Below, piece after piece: positions 56,746-64,000 of a DNA stretch of 64,000 nucleotides. Every line of letters starts with the position of its first letter. The first letter of the stretch is position 1. The stretch is taken from positions 1-64,000 of the forward strand of contig ADNK01000260.1 in the NCBI GenBank assembly GCA_000320545.1. The letters run 5' to 3'. The stretch is from Bigelowiella natans CCMP2755. Taxonomy: Eukaryota > Protista > Cercozoa. A program made the translations under genes and the position numbers. The notes under the pieces are model-generated. The model was given only the letters and a program-made list of their open reading frames with translations. It did no database searches and had not been told where the DNA came from.

Positions 56746-57800
56746 AATGGTGTCGCACCCACGGAACCCACATTGAAAAATGGAAATTTTGTCCAGGCAT
56801 GCAGAATGGCGCCGGAACCGTTGGTGTTGCTTCGTTCGTCGCTCATGCATTCATTCAGTGTTGTCAATTGTCTGTGCATCGTGTTGAGCTTCAAATCGCA
56901 ATCAATGTTTCAGTTTCGTTCATTCATCATCATCCTTTTCTGGCGCGTTTGGAAGTTGTGCACCAAGCTACCAAGCTACCAAGCTACCAAGCTAGCAAGC
57001 CAGCTAGCACAACAAGCAAGTCTAGAAGTGTGTCTGTTCACCTTTCCGTTTCGGATCAACGTGGTTCTTGAAAATGCGCCACGTCTGTTGTCATCGTCCT
57101 GCCCCCGACGTGGCGCTTGTCTTTCCCACATCCGATTGATGTGGGCACACTGTCACTTGCTTGCTAGCTTTGCTAGTTGAAGTGGTCCAACTTGCCTTCG
57201 ACATTGCGTTCGCACTGCCCTCTAGCTAGCTAGCTACCTAGCCCTCTCTGGCCTGTCTGCGCTGTGGTCGTGCATGTTCTGGTGCAGCGTGCGATTGCAA
57301 TGCTGAGCTGATGCGTGCACACATCAATCGTCATTCACATCAAACTCGCGCACCGTCTGACTAGCTCTAGACCACATGCTAGCATGGCAGAGCTAGCTGT
57401 GCGCGCGAGCCTCACACCGCTGTGTGGGGTGTCACCGTTGTCGTTGCACAGTCTAGTAGCGCATGCCAGCACATGTTCCTGCTACTAGCCTCAGAGCCAT
57501 GAAACGCTTAGAGCCACAAAGGCTACAAGTAGCGCAAGAGCTTGCTACTAGGTTGCTAGCGTCACGTTGCATTGCTAGGTTGGTCTAGCCTGAGTTAGTA
57601 AGAGTGGCACGTCATGTGGACAATGCTAGAATGCGCTGAACACATTGCAGCATGTGCACTACTAGACTAGTGCACACGCACAAGTGTACCAGAAACGCGT
57701 CAAAGTGTGCATGCATGTGTCTATCTGACTGCTAGACGTCCAGACGTGCAAAAATTAACATTCATGCAAATGCTGTGAAATTGGGTTTTGGCATGCGGCC
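56746..57800. other. TpA-depleted island with CTAG footprints between the C2H2 3' end and the TilS start
   Basis: 56746-57597 has 30 TpA (19 CTAG, 7 CTAC, 4 GTAG/TTAG) and none in other contexts. Footprints at 56988, 57018, 57218, 57375, 57622 and 57658. Confidence 0.9.
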
Positions 57801-58081
57801 ATCAGGTACATTTATGACACAATATGTATAAAATTTCTATAATGTGAAAATAATATATATATATATATATATATTATATACATATATATATATATATATA
57901 CATGTAAATATTAAATTTTACTGTGTCTATTATCATTGCACGCCCCCAGCTAGCCAGCCATCAATGTCACCTCGTATGAGGGGGAAGTCCCAAAACTTGT
58001 TGCTACTGTTACATGTTCGACAAATGTGAATCAATTGCATGCTTAGGCCATGCTCACAGTGCATCAAGCGTCAATTCTCGA

Positions 58082-60841
<2,760 letters not shown>

Positions 60842-61395
60842 GATAGACGATAACTATGGTGATGTTGATGTTCCTACGATGAAAAGTAGAAGAATGAGAT
60901 AGCAGCATCAGTAGACTAGTTGCTCTTCCTTTTTTACTCGTTTCCTAGGCACACAAACAATGAAGGATATTGATACTCCTTCGTCCTTCTTCTTAATAAC
61001 CTTTTTTCCGTGCCTTTTGATGTATCAAGTCCCCATGCCGAGCCACATGTCTAGATGTGTAGCATCGCTTTGTTGTTATGACAGCTCCATTACTTGGGGT
61101 CCATTGTTCGGATCTACTTACTACAAGGTCGTACTCTGTTTCCGTTCTGATAAATTATGAAGGTAATTCTTATCCTACGACATCGTATTAAGAAGCAGAA
61201 GATAAGAAAAGGAATCCTGAAAGAACAAGTTTGGACACATTTGTTTGTTTGTTAGTTAAGTAGTCGCATTCCTTGACTTTCCAACTAAAATTAATTAGTT
61301 AGAGTAGTAGTTAGTTAGTCTGTTCGCGTCCTAGTGTGACTTCCCAGCTATGTTATTTCGTTAGTTATCCACGACGATCATCACAACAACAACTG

Positions 61396-61549
<154 letters not shown>

Positions 61550-61573
61550 GGCAACCAGCATACGAGAAGAACG

Positions 61574-63450
61574 ATGAGGCGTATGTCAGCATCTGCACGC
61601 AGAAGGTTGACACTTTAGCTGCATACAACAACAACTGTCAAGGATAACAGTTAATATATTAGGATCGGCATTGCCTTCGACATCGACGGTGTTCTGATAC
61701 GTGGAAATCAAGTACTGTCGCAGGCAATAGAGGTAGTAACGTATGCTCCTCATAATTCTCTAGGAGACTGACTGTGGTGTTGTCACGATTTCAGGCTATC
61801 AAACTTGTTCATGAGCACAACATACCCCATATATTTCTTACAAATGGTGGTGGGAGAATGGAAAGCGATAAGGGTAATTAGAAAGCAGTCGTCCGATGTC
61901 ACAATGAACCAGATGTGCTACAAACAACAATTAGCTAAACAGCTGGCCGGCTGGCTAAACTGTCCAGTACATGCAGACCAGGTTTCGGCTATTTATTCTG
62001 TGAAACCAATAATTACAGTTTATTTATTCATTTGCAAGATCTCATTCTTTTTCCACCAAAATGATAACGAATGCTGGTAGATTGTTTTGTCTCACACTCC
62101 GATGAAATCTCTGGTTAGCAGGTGATATTAAAACATTATTAGAGGAGGAAGTGGAAAACAATGCGTACAGATGTATATATTAAGGCCACTGCCCGCCACT
62201 TCTATGCTGCTCGTGCTGGTATTTTGCTCTTGCTGGTAATTCTATGCCAACAGGTACGGAGATGAGGCAGTATTAGTCGGAGGACCTGAGAGAGTTTTAA
62301 GCGTTGCAAAAGCTTATGGTTATAAAAAAGCAGTGCATATTGCAGACGTAGTTCGGGGCGATCCACATGTGTGGCCGTGTGGTGATCATCAGCAGGAATC
62401 CCCAGGTGCTTTGCTTGCACACAGTTTACATGTGCGTACCGGCATACCAATCTACCAGAATGTCGCCTAATTTACAGATTTTCCTTCTGCTAATTGAACT
62501 GATACATAGAGGGAGAGCCAGTGGATATTGACAGTATTGCAGCAGTGATGTACATGCACGACGATGACTCCTGGGGTCGAGATATACAAGTGATCATCAT
62601 CCCTATAATAAAGTAAAATCGGGATTCATTTTAACAGTATTTTTTCTTGTTAAAAGGTAATTTGTGATGCACTGCTAGCTGGAGTAAAAAGCAGAGGAAT
62701 ACAAACGCCTATGTACTTTTCGAATCCCGACTTTATATATGCGGCAAACCACCCGATGCCTCGGCTAGCGCAAGGTTCAGCGAATTGCTATAATGAGCTC
62801 TCGCCTGCTTAACACGGTTCGTGATCAGGCGCATTCAAGGAAGCTTTGCGCACAGTATATGAGCGTTTGAGCGGTCTTTCTATGTCTTACACCTCTTTCG
62901 GAAAGCCAAACGTACCAACGTACGATAACACCTCAATTATTAAAATTATGCAGAAACTTTTCTCCTTTCCCCTTAGCTTAATGTCATATTTGCAGATATA
63001 CCTTCGCACAAGAGGCAATTGAAAAACACGCCATCGGGCCAGTAGACGTCGTATATGGGTCGGGCAAAAGCTGGATCGTATGAATAATATTTTGCCTGAA
63101 GTTTTATTCTCTTTCAGGATTGGTGATAATCCTGCTTCAGATATCCATGGTCGAAGTGTATAAAACTCTGTTATATGGGCTCTGTTCTGTGAGCATGGCG
63201 TGTCGTGTTATGTCTGATAGTACTAAATGTCACAGTGCTCACTATCCACCGTTACATGATTAGCACTTCCTTTTCTTTTTCAAAAGGTGCAAATTGTAAA
63301 GATGGTTGGGAGTCCGTCTTATTGAAGACTGGGGTATGGGACGGTGTAAGCAAGCCCGAATACGTTCCAGACTACGTGTGCGATGACGTTTTGGAAGCTA
63401 TTGAAAAAATTATTGCTGAGGATTTGGAGTCATGTGAATTTGAGGGATGA
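61574..63450 (+). CDS. HDHD5: HAD-superfamily class IIA hydrolase (HDHD5/CECR5-like), probably mitochondrial
   Basis: MRRMSASARRR-IGIAFDIDGVL, FLTNGGG, IVLSHTPM, WGRDIQ, YFSNPDF, RLAQGAF, FGKP, IGDNPASDIHG, WESVLLKTGV. Confidence 0.88.
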
Positions 63451-63589
63451 TTAAAAAAATTTACTTGCATTGGGTATTACATGAATCCACAGAGCGCGAA
63501 ATGCATGCTTAGAACCCTACCACCTGCCTAATAAAATGTACATAGAATCATGCACGATGTTTTACATTTTCTTTCATATAGCAATATAC

Positions 63590-63820
63590 AACAGTCACGG
63601 CCATGATGCACAATGTTTGCTAGCTGCACGTTTCAAATTTGCTCAAAAACCGCATGGTCTTCACATCATCATCTGATCGAGCGGAGCAAGGCTGCTTGTG
63701 TGTCTATGTGTGGCGGGCTGCGCTTTCGACCAGTTGTGTCAATTTCAAATTCAAAATGCATGTCTAGATGTCTTACAAACGACACCAAGGAGCGCGCATG
63801 CTTGCTAGCCTAGCATAAGA
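63590..63820. other. TpA-depleted island downstream of the HAD gene
   Basis: 63589-63773 has only CTAG/CTAT as TpA sites; atgt-CTAG-atgt at 63760. Confidence 0.7.
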
Positions 63821-64000
63821 GGTATAATCTTTGCATGTTATGTAAAACCTTCAAAGCCTTGCACTCCCATATCATACGGCATAGAGACATCAACGCCTTG
63901 AAATACATATTTAGTGGCAAACTCCGAAAACCTTCTTGCGTATGTCAGCGTGTCCTCGCAACTCACGTCTTTTTGACCTAAAACCTGCTTCTTCATAAAT

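Noticed and set aside
57125-57176. Hairpin CCCACATC-N5-GATGTGGG followed by CTAG, like a Helitron 3' end
   Set aside because: CTAG is ubiquitous here and usually sits in 4-bp duplications, which Helitrons do not make. No second copy or 5' TC end was found.

Overview
This is intron-rich eukaryotic nuclear DNA with the standard code and GT-AG introns, many of them loaded with microsatellites. Two proteins carry a signal peptide plus an N-terminal extension, which suggests a protist with a complex plastid (chlorarachniophyte-like; inference only). I can support 17 gene models: PTER-like amidohydrolase, an acidic hypothetical, a Q-rich AP2-like protein, a small mitochondrial membrane protein, a signal-peptide TPR protein, a CCCH protein, a ChaN-family protein, cytochrome c, a CDK10/11-family kinase, a 3-repeat hypothetical, a Tudor/zinc-finger protein, kinesin-12 (KIF15-like), GMP reductase, CAP/Srv2, TilS, a C2H2 zinc-finger protein and an HDHD5-like HAD hydrolase. 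The genes alternate strand almost perfectly. The most striking signal is non-coding: about 10 intergenic islands, including one in every convergent gap, show two superimposed processes. (1) 8-bp insertions of the form NNNN-CTAG-NNNN, i.e. CTAG between a 4-bp target duplication (30 perfect copies found by eye, 28 inside the islands). (2) Near-complete TpA->TpG/CpA conversion that spares CTA/TAG contexts while CpG is retained. A ~96-bp fragment of the neighbouring gene copied into one island (36773-36890 vs 40362-40457) records both processes directly against an intact reference. All counts are by hand and no database searches were run.
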